Shown here one piece after another: positions 18,519-27,563 of a DNA stretch of 64,000 bases. The notes under the pieces were generated by a model. The model did not search any database and was not told the DNA's origin. It saw only the letters and a program-made list of their open reading frames with translations. Made by a program: the position numbers and the translations under genes. The stretch's first letter is position 1. Each line of letters opens with the position of its first letter. Source of the stretch: a virus; the IMG/VR virus record IMGVR_UViG_3300028197_000962, positions 1 through 64,000 of that record. One strand, written 5' to 3'.

Positions 18519-21028
18519 GAGAAGAATGCCTCCAAGTTAGCGGTTTTTTCAACAGACCATCCGATAGAATCTAAGATGATTTTTAATGGTTCTAAGAATG
18601 CTTTACTAAATTGAAGATCGTAATCGATGTACTGATTCAGATCCAATTCTTTTGGCCACTCATTTATAAATGAAAGCACATTTTCATGAATAGGATTTGG
18701 TTTTTTTAAATACAAAAACTTAATCTTTTCTCCATTCTTAATCAGAGAATATTTATTAGTCAGTTTATTTTGTTTAATATAGAAATTAAACAACAATGCT
18801 CCACGACTATGAATAGGAGTTCCCTTTGAATATATCTGGGAAGATGATTTATACTTCTCTACATCAGATATGGATCGTGGGAAAGAAACATCCTCAGGAT
18901 CAAGACTATTAAACTCGGACCTACACTTATCGATATAGTTAATCACATCATCTTCACTACCGGTCATCATAATTTTGAAAGCATCCTTCAACATCTTTCT
19001 GCAAGGAGCAGGTGTCGATGATTTGACAGCTTCAATACCCATAACTTTTAGTTTAGGTTCAGCATACTGTACACCTTCACTGTTCCAAACATTAAGGATG
19101 TATCGTTTCTTTGCTGTCCAAATACCACGATCAGCGATGTTCTCTCGTTTCATCACCATTTTTTGTTCATATGCCGCAACATAGTCTGCCAACTCCTGGT
19201 AAGACTTCTCGATGAATGGTTCAAATTTATCTTGGCAGATTTTATCAAGTAATTCCACAACTTTAACCTTATCACCAGACTTATTACCAAGAAATTTAGT
19301 AACAAGAGGTCCGAGGTTAAGATAAATTGAGTCAGTGTCGGATGCAATGACGTAATCCTCTTCCTGTGTAGACAAGAGTTTATTTAGATAATCATTCATC
19401 TTATTCTCAATCCATCGGATTGATGCTTGACCAGATAAAGTAATTGCCTCAGCGTTTTCCAACTTATAATATCGGAAATATTGGTTACCAATGGCACCAT
19501 AAGCAGAGTTAAGTTGAATTTTACGTGCCATTTGGATGTTATTACATCTAGACACTTCCTTTTCTAACTCTGATTTAAGATGCCACTCACCATCCGACAA
19601 GTTTTCTATCTTCTGGCTAGCAGTTAGCATCCTCTTTTTATAGATCGTGCGTTCTTGATAGATCTTATCCATCAACTCAGGCAAGAATCCACGTTTGTCC
19701 TTACGATACATAGCACCATTTGCTGCTGTGGCATAACGACCATCAGCAATAAAGGAACCAGACAAAATCTTATCAACAGAACATCGTGGATGTGGTTCAT
19801 CCATCAGAGTTTCTGGTGAGATATTGTATTGCATGATCAAATGCGGATACAGACTATTCAAGTCAAAAGAAACTACCCAATCATAGCTACCCGGAATGGG
19901 TTCTTTGACATATGCACCAGCATACTTTTCATCTTTCTTGGCACCTACCTTGGGTGGAATGACAATGTTTTTCTTTTTAAGGTAATTATAGATGATAGCA
20001 TCCCACATCCTTACCTGATAAAACACATCAGTAAAGTTTACCTTAGCATCATATGCCATTGTGAGTGCCAACTCAATCAACTTCATCTTGTCTTCCAATC
20101 GGTCAACAAGTTCTACGTCTTTGATGTTGTACTCAACAAACTTTTGCCAGTTGCCAGTATAGAAATCCTTGAAAGTATCAAACTCAGAGTGATCTAACTT
20201 CTTCTGACCTAACTCAACATTCGCAATGTGATCTAGACGATATGATTCTTGTGCCTTATATGTAAATTTCTTATACAAATCAAGATAATCTAACTGAGTC
20301 ACACCACCAATATCAATTGATAGGTGCTTTCTACCTTTGATATAGACTTCCTTCTCGGTCACTAGACCCCAAGGAGACAGTCTCTTCATACGCTTCTCAC
20401 CAAGCACCTTCCTGAGGCGTCCAGCGATGTATGGGATGTCAAACAGTTGAAGATTCCATCCAGTGATGACCTCAGGTGGATTGTTTTCCCAATAACAGAT
20501 AAACTTGTTAAGCAAATCAAGTTCATCGAGACACTGAATGTACGTTACATTGCGCTGTTTTACTAAGAATGGGTGAACTCCCCACGTTATAATTTCCTTA
20601 GTGGTGTAATCCTGAATCGTGATCGTTTGTATCTCTTCACGACAGGACTCAATATCAGGGAATCCATATTCAGTGGTGGTCTCAATATCAAGTGTAGTAA
20701 GTTTGATCTTTGAGATATCAAACTCAATATGTTCCTGAGGATACTTATCAGAGATATACTGATAGATGTAACGCTCATTACCATAGATATTGAATCCCTC
20801 AACTCCCTCATACTTTTTAAGGAAGTCGCGACAATCTCTTACAAATCCAGGTTGGACAGGTTCTACTTTTTTACCATCCAAGGTTTTATACTTGGATGTT
20901 GCCTTCTTGCTATCAACAAAGAGTGTGGGGAGATACTCTTCTCTTAAAGAAAAGCTCTCACCATTATCATAACCACGAACCAGAAATTGGTTCCCAACAA
21001 GTTGAACGTTAGTGTAGAATCTCATCAA
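18515..21028 (-). CDS. gp43: Family B DNA polymerase (T4 gp43)
   Basis: ExoI DIET, SFDLNSLYP, KIQLNSAYG, SDTDS, KKRY. Confidence 0.98.
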   Translation of the reverse strand: MMRFYTNVQLVGNQFLVRGYDNGESFSLREEYLPTLFVDSKKATSKYKTLDGKKVEPVQPGFVRDCRDFLKKYEGVEGFNIYGNERYIYQYISDKYPQEHIEFDISKIKLTTLDIETTTEYGFPDIESCREEIQTITIQDYTTKEIITWGVHPFLVKQRNVTYIQCLDELDLLNKFICYWENNPPEVITGWNLQLFDIPYIAGRLRKVLGEKRMKRLSPWGLVTEKEVYIKGRKHLSIDIGGVTQLDYLDLYKKFTYKAQESYRLDHIANVELGQKKLDHSEFDTFKDFYTGNWQKFVEYNIKDVELVDRLEDKMKLIELALTMAYDAKVNFTDVFYQVRMWDAIIYNYLKKKNIVIPPKVGAKKDEKYAGAYVKEPIPGSYDWVVSFDLNSLYPHLIMQYNISPETLMDEPHPRCSVDKILSGSFIADGRYATAANGAMYRKDKRGFLPELMDKIYQERTIYKKRMLTASQKIENLSDGEWHLKSELEKEVSRCNNIQMARKIQLNSAYGAIGNQYFRYYKLENAEAITLSGQASIRWIENKMNDYLNKLLSTQEEDYVIASDTDSIYLNLGPLVTKFLGNKSGDKVKVVELLDKICQDKFEPFIEKSYQELADYVAAYEQKMVMKRENIADRGIWTAKKRYILNVWNSEGVQYAEPKLKVMGIEAVKSSTPAPCRKMLKDAFKIMMTGSEDDVINYIDKCRSEFNSLDPEDVSFPRSISDVEKYKSSSQIYSKGTPIHSRGALLFNFYIKQNKLTNKYSLIKNGEKIKFLYLKKPNPIHENVLSFINEWPKELDLNQYIDYDLQFSKAFLEPLKIILDSIGWSVEKTANLEAFFS

Positions 21029-21267
21029 GAAAGAACTTCTTTGTATTTTTCAAGTAGTTGATTATTTGGTTCTGCCATTGTCAGAACTTTGTCAGAACTA
21101 ATCATAAATTCGCTTTGAATAGTATGCTCCATCAACCAAGGAACAATACCAGTTGATTCTACCACATAGGGTTCAATCAACTTACAGTCTGGTTCTCCTA
21201 ATTCAGAACCCACCTCTTCAATCTGTGAGATCAGAATCTGATTTGTCAGAACTAGAAGTTTGATCAT
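21025..21267 (-). CDS. Conserved hypothetical protein (likely paralog of the upstream gene)
   Basis: MIKLLVL...EP...PW...D..LT..EP...Y pattern. Confidence 0.7.
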   Translation of the reverse strand: MIKLLVLTNQILISQIEEVGSELGEPDCKLIEPYVVESTGIVPWLMEHTIQSEFMISSDKVLTMAEPNNQLLEKYKEVLS

Positions 21268-21547
21268 CTTTAATACCTTCTTTATACTTTTGAGTAACTT
21301 GTGGAATGGGATCGACCAGAGTTATAATCCAGTCTGGGGCAACAGGGATTTCTTTCTGACTTGTCAGAGGAATCCATGGGGCGAAAACAATATCTAGGTC
21401 TCGACGTTCATACAACGCCTGAGGATCTAGAAATCTTACTGTGGCAGGATTCTTGAATGTGTATCCGATCACACGCTCTCCCATTAGCATTTCACTAACG
21501 TCTGCGATGACATCCTCACCTGACTTCAATACTGCTAACTTGATCAT
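21218..21547 (-). CDS. Conserved hypothetical protein (possible Sm-like fold)
   Basis: MIKLAVLKSGEDVIAD...PWIPL...DWIITLVDP. Confidence 0.75.
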   Translation of the reverse strand: MIKLAVLKSGEDVIADVSEMLMGERVIGYTFKNPATVRFLDPQALYERRDLDIVFAPWIPLTSQKEIPVAPDWIITLVDPIPQVTQKYKEGIKDDQTSSSDKSDSDLTD

Positions 21548-21568
21548 AGGTCAATACATCTCGAATAC

Positions 21569-21597
21569 ATTATAGCAAGAAAAAAGAGGGGCGTCAA
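21569..21597 (-). promoter_or_regulatory. Sigma70-type promoter TTGACG-N17-TATAAT for the gp43 operon
   Basis: Near-consensus -35/-10 with exact 17-bp spacer. Confidence 0.8.
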
Positions 21598-21621
21598 CTG
21601 GATTGTGCCAGTTGCCCCTCT
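21580..21621 (-). terminator. Rho-independent terminator after hsp20
   Basis: GAGGGGC-AACTGG..CCAGTT-GA-CGCCCCTC hairpin followed by TTTTTT. Confidence 0.75.
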
Positions 21622-21644
21622 GCGGCGACGATATTCGTTACTAT

Positions 21645-22079
21645 TTAGAACCAGATTTTTTTATTGTGATGCTCTGGTACAATTCTACCAAGTATGATAC
21701 TTAGTAACCCATCCTCAAATACAACTGATCTAACTTCCGTTTCTTCTGCCAGTGTCCAAGTTCTGGTGAAAGATCGTTGAGCCATTCCTCTATGGACATA
21801 TGTTTTTTCTGATTCGATATTCCCCCTTTGTCCTTCGACAAAGAGTTTTCCGTCTTGCGTGTAGACATTAACTTCTTCTTTTTTAAATCCTGCTAGTGCT
21901 AATTCAAGGAGCGACTCTGTGCTACTAACTTGAATTAAATTGTATGGCGGATAATTTGACTGTGTTTCTTGTAGAGTAAACAATTTGTCAAAGTATTGAT
22001 CCATACCAATACTATTCCTATTTATGCGTTCCATCAACGCAGGTAGGTCCGCAACAGTATACCGTGCAAGGTTTCCCAT
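21645..22079 (-). CDS. hsp20: Small heat shock protein
   Basis: YPPYNL, LALAGF, HRGMAQRSF, FEDGLL. Confidence 0.95.
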   Translation of the reverse strand: MGNLARYTVADLPALMERINRNSIGMDQYFDKLFTLQETQSNYPPYNLIQVSSTESLLELALAGFKKEEVNVYTQDGKLFVEGQRGNIESEKTYVHRGMAQRSFTRTWTLAEETEVRSVVFEDGLLSIILGRIVPEHHNKKIWF

Positions 22080-22157
22080 GATTCTTAGCTCCTTTAAAAG
22101 CGAGTTTGTGTTTTGTGGACCCCGAAGGCATCCGTAGTATATAGTAGCACATCTTAT

Positions 22158-22190
22158 AAAAAACGGGGTGTTGAACCCCGTAGTTTTTTA
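22158..22190. terminator. Probably bidirectional intrinsic terminator
   Basis: ACGGGG-loop-CCCCGT stem with a T-run on each strand. Confidence 0.7.
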
Positions 22191-22215
22191 TTCGGTTATT
22201 CCTATTAAGTGTTTA

Positions 22216-23643
22216 TTATGAAATCTTTGCATGTGGAGCAAATCTATCACCAACTTTCATACCAAGATATAAAATGTCTGTCCAAAACTCTACATTTTTT
22301 GAATTATTTTTTAGTGCATCATAAAAGAAATTTAAAGTCATCAACTTAACAACAGCATTTCTTTTGTCTTTTTCATAAGCAGAAGAAAGGTTGTCTTTAA
22401 ACTCAGAGTATTTTACATTTTTATTTAAATATGTTTTTACTGACTCATACATTTTCAAATACTTATCGGATTCATCAATGTATTCTGAGTAAGATTGTGG
22501 ATACTTATTATGATCATTGACAAATGTTATTCCACTACCGTTCTTTTTCATGAGATTCTCTACCATTTTAACAGGTGCCTGTCCACCTTGAGCAGCAGGC
22601 GTAGATTTAATAGAAGTATTAAAACTTAAATTTTGCCCTGCTCTTGTTATGTTTATAGAATAGTCACTCTGACTTCCAAATTTAATATAGGTGGTCACTT
22701 TATCCCCCACAGAAATATTATCAAAGTCAAAAGAAATATCTGACATTTTGTATTTTTCAATATCACCCAATCTCATCGTTGATATATCAATATTAACAAA
22801 CTTTAAATTAGCAGATTTATTAGATGCAATTTTTTTCAAGGATAATCCAACTAATTTTTTTTCTTCGAATAAATTTATCAACAAATTATTTAATTCAACT
22901 AAGTTTTGAGTCTTTGGATTAATATTTTTTGCAATATCTTTTTTAACCTTATCCATCTCATAGACAGCCCATATATCAGAAGGACTCCAAGTAGTATAAT
23001 TTCCTACTGGTTTTAACGGATCTAGTGACCTGGCGACATTTTTAATTTGTTTAGAAAAAAAAGTAACAAAGTCTTCCTGGCCATAAACAAAAATATCCCA
23101 TTTTGTACTTTGAAATTTTTTTAAAAATTCTTTCTGCTGTTCAAAATAACTATGAGTCCATTCTTCTAATCTATCCTCATATTTTCTACCAAAAAGTTTT
23201 TTCAACTGATCAGCAGTATCTTTATCTGCTAAAATATCTTCTTTCTTATCAAATTTTTTATTCTTATGTATTACCTGGTTTAGTACAACTGTGGTTCCTT
23301 CTTCTTGAATTTTTGTATCTATGACTCCACCACCTGTGGTGCCTGATTCTTTCTTTTGTTTTAAATTTACTTTAATACTTCCACTTCTTCCAGTTACAGT
23401 AATCTCTTTCTTTTTTTTATCAAAAGATGCTCCTCCAAAAATTTCAGTAAAATATGGAACAAGATTTAAAAGATCTTTTTCATAATTTTTATTATACTCT
23501 ACATCAACAACTCTACTTTTTGGAGTTACTACCATCCCATCTTTTATTAAAAGAGTTACTTTAAACTGTTTTAATAATTTGGGAGTAGGTTTTTTTAATT
23601 CATCACTTACAGTGTTTATATTGACAACTCTTTTTGATGCCAT
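22216..23643 (-). CDS. Hypothetical protein, putative PD-(D/E)xK-like nuclease
   Basis: TKIQE, WSPSDIW, LVGLSLKK motifs; very AT/Lys-rich. Confidence 0.6.
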   Translation of the reverse strand: MASKRVVNINTVSDELKKPTPKLLKQFKVTLLIKDGMVVTPKSRVVDVEYNKNYEKDLLNLVPYFTEIFGGASFDKKKKEITVTGRSGSIKVNLKQKKESGTTGGGVIDTKIQEEGTTVVLNQVIHKNKKFDKKEDILADKDTADQLKKLFGRKYEDRLEEWTHSYFEQQKEFLKKFQSTKWDIFVYGQEDFVTFFSKQIKNVARSLDPLKPVGNYTTWSPSDIWAVYEMDKVKKDIAKNINPKTQNLVELNNLLINLFEEKKLVGLSLKKIASNKSANLKFVNIDISTMRLGDIEKYKMSDISFDFDNISVGDKVTTYIKFGSQSDYSINITRAGQNLSFNTSIKSTPAAQGGQAPVKMVENLMKKNGSGITFVNDHNKYPQSYSEYIDESDKYLKMYESVKTYLNKNVKYSEFKDNLSSAYEKDKRNAVVKLMTLNFFYDALKNNSKNVEFWTDILYLGMKVGDRFAPHAKIS

Positions 23644-23656
23644 TATTTTTTTTAAA

Positions 23657-23664
23657 TATTTATA
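23657..23664 (-). promoter_or_regulatory. Late promoter TATAAATA
   Basis: Exact consensus 13 bp before the start of 22216-23643. Confidence 0.8.
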
Positions 23665-23701
23665 GAATTAAGGAGACTCGAATCGTAGATAATAATATCA
23701 C

Positions 23702-23727
23702 AAAAAAAGACCCCTATTAAGGGGTCT
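23702..23727 (-). terminator. Intrinsic terminator after regA
   Basis: AGACCCC-TTAATA-GGGGTCT followed by a T run. Confidence 0.85.
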
Positions 23728-23732
23728 GCGGG

Positions 23733-23769
23733 TTTCCGATTGTAGAGTGTGCCGCACGAAAGACACGCA
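23733..23769 (-). ncRNA. Candidate H-type pseudoknot RNA element
   Basis: Stem GUGUC/GGCAC; loop UUUCG complementary to downstream CGGAA. Confidence 0.4.
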
Positions 23770-23774
23770 ATTAT

Positions 23775-24209
23775 TTATGACTCTGGTGTTGTTTTCTTTT
23801 TGCCAATATTATATTTGGTCTCAAGCGTCCACTCATTTTTTTCTTTGAATGAAAGCACTTTGATCTGATTCAAAGGAGCAATCTCAGTGATAGTCTCGGC
23901 GTTGACTACCTCAATGAGACCCCAATCAGAAAGAAGTTGAGTAATACGATTCCTACGCTGAACGTCGTTAGGAGTAAGATTAGCGTGCTTTCCATCCAAT
24001 GCAAACAACTCTTTAAAGTGAACGATAAAATATCGTCCCTGCTTATGTAGGATGTGACATGACTGATATAACTTCTTCTCTTTACGAGATGCAACACCAA
24101 TACGTGTTAACGTTTCTCTTACTTTAAGAAAATCATCAGGTTCTCTCAACCTAACTTCGATCATTTGGTCTTGTGACCACTGAACTTCAGGCTCTCTCAC
24201 GGTACTCAT
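23775..24209 (-). CDS. regA: Translational repressor RegA
   Basis: DDFLKVRETLTRIGVASR...LYQSCHILHKQGRYFIVHFKELF. Confidence 0.97.
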   Translation of the reverse strand: MSTVREPEVQWSQDQMIEVRLREPDDFLKVRETLTRIGVASRKEKKLYQSCHILHKQGRYFIVHFKELFALDGKHANLTPNDVQRRNRITQLLSDWGLIEVVNAETITEIAPLNQIKVLSFKEKNEWTLETKYNIGKKKTTPES

Positions 24210-24580
24210 CTCATTCCTCCAACATCAAGTCGTTGTTTAATGTAATCTAGTTGTTGTTTAGATAAAATTTTTAGTGCCTGAGATGCTTTCTCATTACTAT
24301 AACCATAATACTGTTTAACAATATCAAGGTTTTGTACTTTATCTTTCTTAATCCAAGGAGAGAATCTCTTCCTTTTCCTCAGACTATTTAGATAAAATTT
24401 ATATTGCATGTCTTTGGAGAGATGATGATTAAGATTCATCTCATTGGAGAACATGATACTGTCAACATGACCAGACAGACAACGATTGACGATATATGGA
24501 GGGTAAGAGCCAATTGTTTCATTTGTGGCGATGTCCTCTTTATTGTAATTTATAGAGTTCATCCAATCTTTTAGTTCCAT
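24206..24580 (-). CDS. gp62: Clamp loader small subunit (gp62)
   Basis: YPPYIVNRCLS...RKRKRFSPW...YYGYSNEKA. Confidence 0.9.
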   Translation of the reverse strand: MELKDWMNSINYNKEDIATNETIGSYPPYIVNRCLSGHVDSIMFSNEMNLNHHLSKDMQYKFYLNSLRKRKRFSPWIKKDKVQNLDIVKQYYGYSNEKASQALKILSKQQLDYIKQRLDVGGMR

Positions 24581-24585
24581 ATTTT

Positions 24586-25413
24586 TCAGTAATTCATCAA
24601 GATAAGTTCTTTACGTTCCTTTTGATCTTTCATATACTCACCAACAGAACGCATGGTGTAAGTCAATTCAAATTCTGCTGCTTTCCAATTTTGGAATCTT
24701 TCTCTGATAAGTTGGGACGAATTATAAGATATGAGTTGAGGACTGGTAAATCGATCACAAATGGTAGCAAAATTATCATGATTAAATCCATTATGCATAT
24801 TTCCCTTTCTTCCATACAGGTTGCTTCCAATTTCATATGGGGGATCTAGATAGGTAAAAATATTATCCCTCTCAGGAAGAAGTTGTTCGTAAGACTTATT
24901 AGTAATCTTCCACTTTCTAATTAGTTGTCCGTAGAAGGGCAACTTCTCAATACCCCTTGCTGAGAAGTTGGAGTCAGATGCTTGGGCAGAAAAGGATGAG
25001 GACTCAGAGAGACCAGAAAAAGAGCACTTGTTGACAATATAGAAAGCGACAGCACGAGCCGTAAGGTCACACCCTCCGGGGTCTTTGCCGAGATAGTCTT
25101 TTGAATCCAAGAAAAGGGATTTAGCCGACACGGGGTCAGGGTTCCTTTGTTTAAGTTCTTGTAACTGTCTTTTAATTTCATCACTATTGTCTCTCAGTTG
25201 TGTCCAAAAATTAGTCAGTGGTTCGTACAGATCATTAACCCAAACATCTAAGTTAGGGTATCTTTGTGTGATATAAATTGCGACTGATCCACCACCAAGA
25301 AATGGTTCTCGATATTCAGTATACTTACTAAGATCTGGGAAGTGTGGTGCAAGTTTTTTACATGCACGGGACTTGCCACCAGGATATCTAAGTGGTGTTT
25401 TAAGAGATTTCAT
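24586..25413 (-). CDS. dam: Dam-like (D12 class) N6-adenine DNA methyltransferase
   Basis: LRYPGGKS, EPFLGGGS, YLDPPY. Confidence 0.9.
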   Translation of the reverse strand: MKSLKTPLRYPGGKSRACKKLAPHFPDLSKYTEYREPFLGGGSVAIYITQRYPNLDVWVNDLYEPLTNFWTQLRDNSDEIKRQLQELKQRNPDPVSAKSLFLDSKDYLGKDPGGCDLTARAVAFYIVNKCSFSGLSESSSFSAQASDSNFSARGIEKLPFYGQLIRKWKITNKSYEQLLPERDNIFTYLDPPYEIGSNLYGRKGNMHNGFNHDNFATICDRFTSPQLISYNSSQLIRERFQNWKAAEFELTYTMRSVGEYMKDQKERKELILMNY

Positions 25414-25604
25414 AGGTAGTTAGGTTTATCACTTTTATGAAGAAGAACGCCATCAACTTTGTTGAATAATTCTTGCACATCATTATGCAAAATACGATAC
25501 CCAGTACCGACATATAATTGTCCAAGGACCACAGATATTGTGGCAGTGCCCCAGAAAATGTAGTACCACTTAGACTTTACTTGCGCTCTAATTTTAGTTT
25601 TCAT
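25410..25604 (-). CDS. Small membrane protein
   Basis: WYYIFWGTATISVVLGQLYV TM segment. Confidence 0.65.
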   Translation of the reverse strand: MKTKIRAQVKSKWYYIFWGTATISVVLGQLYVGTGYRILHNDVQELFNKVDGVLLHKSDKPNYL

Positions 25605-25616
25605 TTAAATTCATAA

Positions 25617-25934
25617 TCAAAAATAGTATCTACCAGGTGTATCATAAACGGGATGCCTATCATGTTCACCGTGATGACTGTAACCATTTCCATGGCAATG
25701 TCTACCATCCTCATGAATTATACCAGATCCTTGATGAAAATGGAAATGCCTGTGACATACACTAGGACCCTTAGGACGAGGATGATAGTGAGGTTTAGGA
25801 CGCCTAGGACGAGGATGATAGTGATGATGGGCTTGATTACCATCAAATGGTTCCCAGAACTCTTTCCAAGTAATTGCGTTAGCAGGTGCGGCAAGCAGAG
25901 TCAGACCACCAAGGAGAAACAGATACTTTTTCAT
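25617..25934 (-). CDS. Secreted histidine-rich protein
   Basis: Signal peptide ending APANA; 17 His in the mature part. Confidence 0.7.
   Translation of the reverse strand: MKKYLFLLGGLTLLAAPANAITWKEFWEPFDGNQAHHHYHPRPRRPKPHYHPRPKGPSVCHRHFHFHQGSGIIHEDGRHCHGNGYSHHGEHDRHPVYDTPGRYYF
25772..25824. repeat. 20-bp direct repeat, 33-bp period, inside the His-rich gene
   Basis: taggacgaggatgatagtga at 25772-25791 and 25805-25824 (HYHPRP twice). Confidence 0.9.
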
Positions 25935-26884
25935 TTGAATTCACACTCCACCATAATTTCAGTTAGTGCTGCTATAAGATTTATCTCTTGATCAGCTACG
26001 AACGCAATTTGATATTGATACTTAGCAATAAGCAGCACAGCAGCAGCAATGCTAGGACCTTCAAGGGACTCCACCAGAGCATCATAAACACGACGCAGTA
26101 ATACGCTAGGATCGTTGTCCAAATTAGAAACGACCCACTTACGAACCTCCGTAAAGTTTTTCTCTTTAAGAACTTTGATAAGTTCATTGATGTTTACATC
26201 ACTAAATTGTGCAAGAATTGCTGTATCAATATTGCCTCCGGTAGAATACCGTTGACACTCATTAAGAACACGTCTCCAATCAGGGAAATGCTTATTGATA
26301 AGTTCTATTAGGACTTTTGGATCATATGCAATATTCTCCGTATCCAAGATTGTTTGTAATCTTTTGAAGAACTTGGCAGCGATTGCTGGTTTTTGTTTGT
26401 TTGTAACTCCGAACTCGACCACCGCGCATCGGGAGTGGAGAGGTTCGATAATTTTGTTCTTGTAATTACAGGTGAAGATGAATCGACAGTTGCTATAAAA
26501 CGCCTCAATATTTGCCCGTAAGAGGAGCTGTACATCATGGGTAGTGTTGTCAGCTTCGTCAATAATGATGACTTTGTGCTTTGCGCCAATTGCTTGAAGC
26601 GAAACGGTCGAAGCAAAGTTCTTTGCCTGGTTTCGTACTGTGTCCAGAAATCTTCCTTCATCAGATCCGTTTATGATTATGTAGTCACACCCAAGTTGTT
26701 CACAGAGAGCTCGGGCAATAGTTGTCTTACCACAACCAGCAGGACCTGCTAGCAATAAGTTAGGAATCTCTCCCCCATTCACAAATTCTTGGAATGTCTT
26801 CTTGATAGAATCAGGGAGGATACAATCATCAACTTCTTTGGGGCGATATTTCTCGACCCAAAGAAAATCACTTTTAGGACTCAT
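25931..26884 (-). CDS. gp44: Clamp loader large subunit (gp44)
   Basis: WVEKYRP, GPAGCGKT, IDEAD, SRC. Confidence 0.96.
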   Translation of the reverse strand: MSPKSDFLWVEKYRPKEVDDCILPDSIKKTFQEFVNGGEIPNLLLAGPAGCGKTTIARALCEQLGCDYIIINGSDEGRFLDTVRNQAKNFASTVSLQAIGAKHKVIIIDEADNTTHDVQLLLRANIEAFYSNCRFIFTCNYKNKIIEPLHSRCAVVEFGVTNKQKPAIAAKFFKRLQTILDTENIAYDPKVLIELINKHFPDWRRVLNECQRYSTGGNIDTAILAQFSDVNINELIKVLKEKNFTEVRKWVVSNLDNDPSVLLRRVYDALVESLEGPSIAAAVLLIAKYQYQIAFVADQEINLIAALTEIMVECEFK

Positions 26885-27563
26885 AAGTTAGATCAGGTTC
26901 AAGAGCGATATAATAAGTCAGGTTACGATCCTGACTGGTGAATTTTGCAAGACCAGACTTGGAGATAACGACTCCATAAGAACCAGGAATTACCTTGATG
27001 TTTTCAACCTTGAAGTTGAATTCAAACGTTTCCGTAGTTTCACCAACTACAATCTCATAGGTATTGGAAGTATCATTCTTCTTATCACGTGCCACCATCT
27101 TGACAACACCATTGCCGCCAATAGCAGACAGATCAGGCACCTGATAGACACCAGCTGCTTTAAGCAGACGATCTAGGTCTTGTGTACTGAGCACGAAACA
27201 AACGTCCTCAGAGGGCAGTGTGAGAGACTTCTCGGGAGGTGTGATGATGACATTAGGATCAGCAAAGAAATACTTTGATCGTGACTTTCCTTCCCGAACT
27301 ACAACATAACTCTCATTAGTAAAGTCAAGATCAGGAACAGTCCTGTGTAGTTGCATTCCGTTTAGGAACTGATTCAGATCATAGATACCAAAGTCTTTGG
27401 GAAACTCTTCGTCAATAGTTGCCTCCGCAAGAATGTTCTTCATCACACTGATAGTGCGAAGTGAATTGCCTTCCTTGAACAACAAAGACTGATTAATGTT
27501 ACTGAAATTTTTAAGCAGTGAGAGAGTTGAATCAGAAAGTTTCATACGGTTGGGGGTTGTCAT
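26874..27563 (-). CDS. gp45: Sliding clamp (gp45)
   Basis: LKNFSNINQS...FGIYDLNQFL...YYIALEPD. Confidence 0.93.
   Translation of the reverse strand: MTTPNRMKLSDSTLSLLKNFSNINQSLLFKEGNSLRTISVMKNILAEATIDEEFPKDFGIYDLNQFLNGMQLHRTVPDLDFTNESYVVVREGKSRSKYFFADPNVIITPPEKSLTLPSEDVCFVLSTQDLDRLLKAAGVYQVPDLSAIGGNGVVKMVARDKKNDTSNTYEIVVGETTETFEFNFKVENIKVIPGSYGVVISKSGLAKFTSQDRNLTYYIALEPDLTYES

Noticed and set aside
1715-21028. Introns or inteins in nrdA, nrdB, gp41 or gp43
   Set aside because: The ORFs are continuous and of normal length, with no intein motifs seen.
23668-23690. GATTCGAGTCTCC resembling a tRNA T-loop
   Set aside because: No paired T-stem, acceptor stem or anticodon arm.
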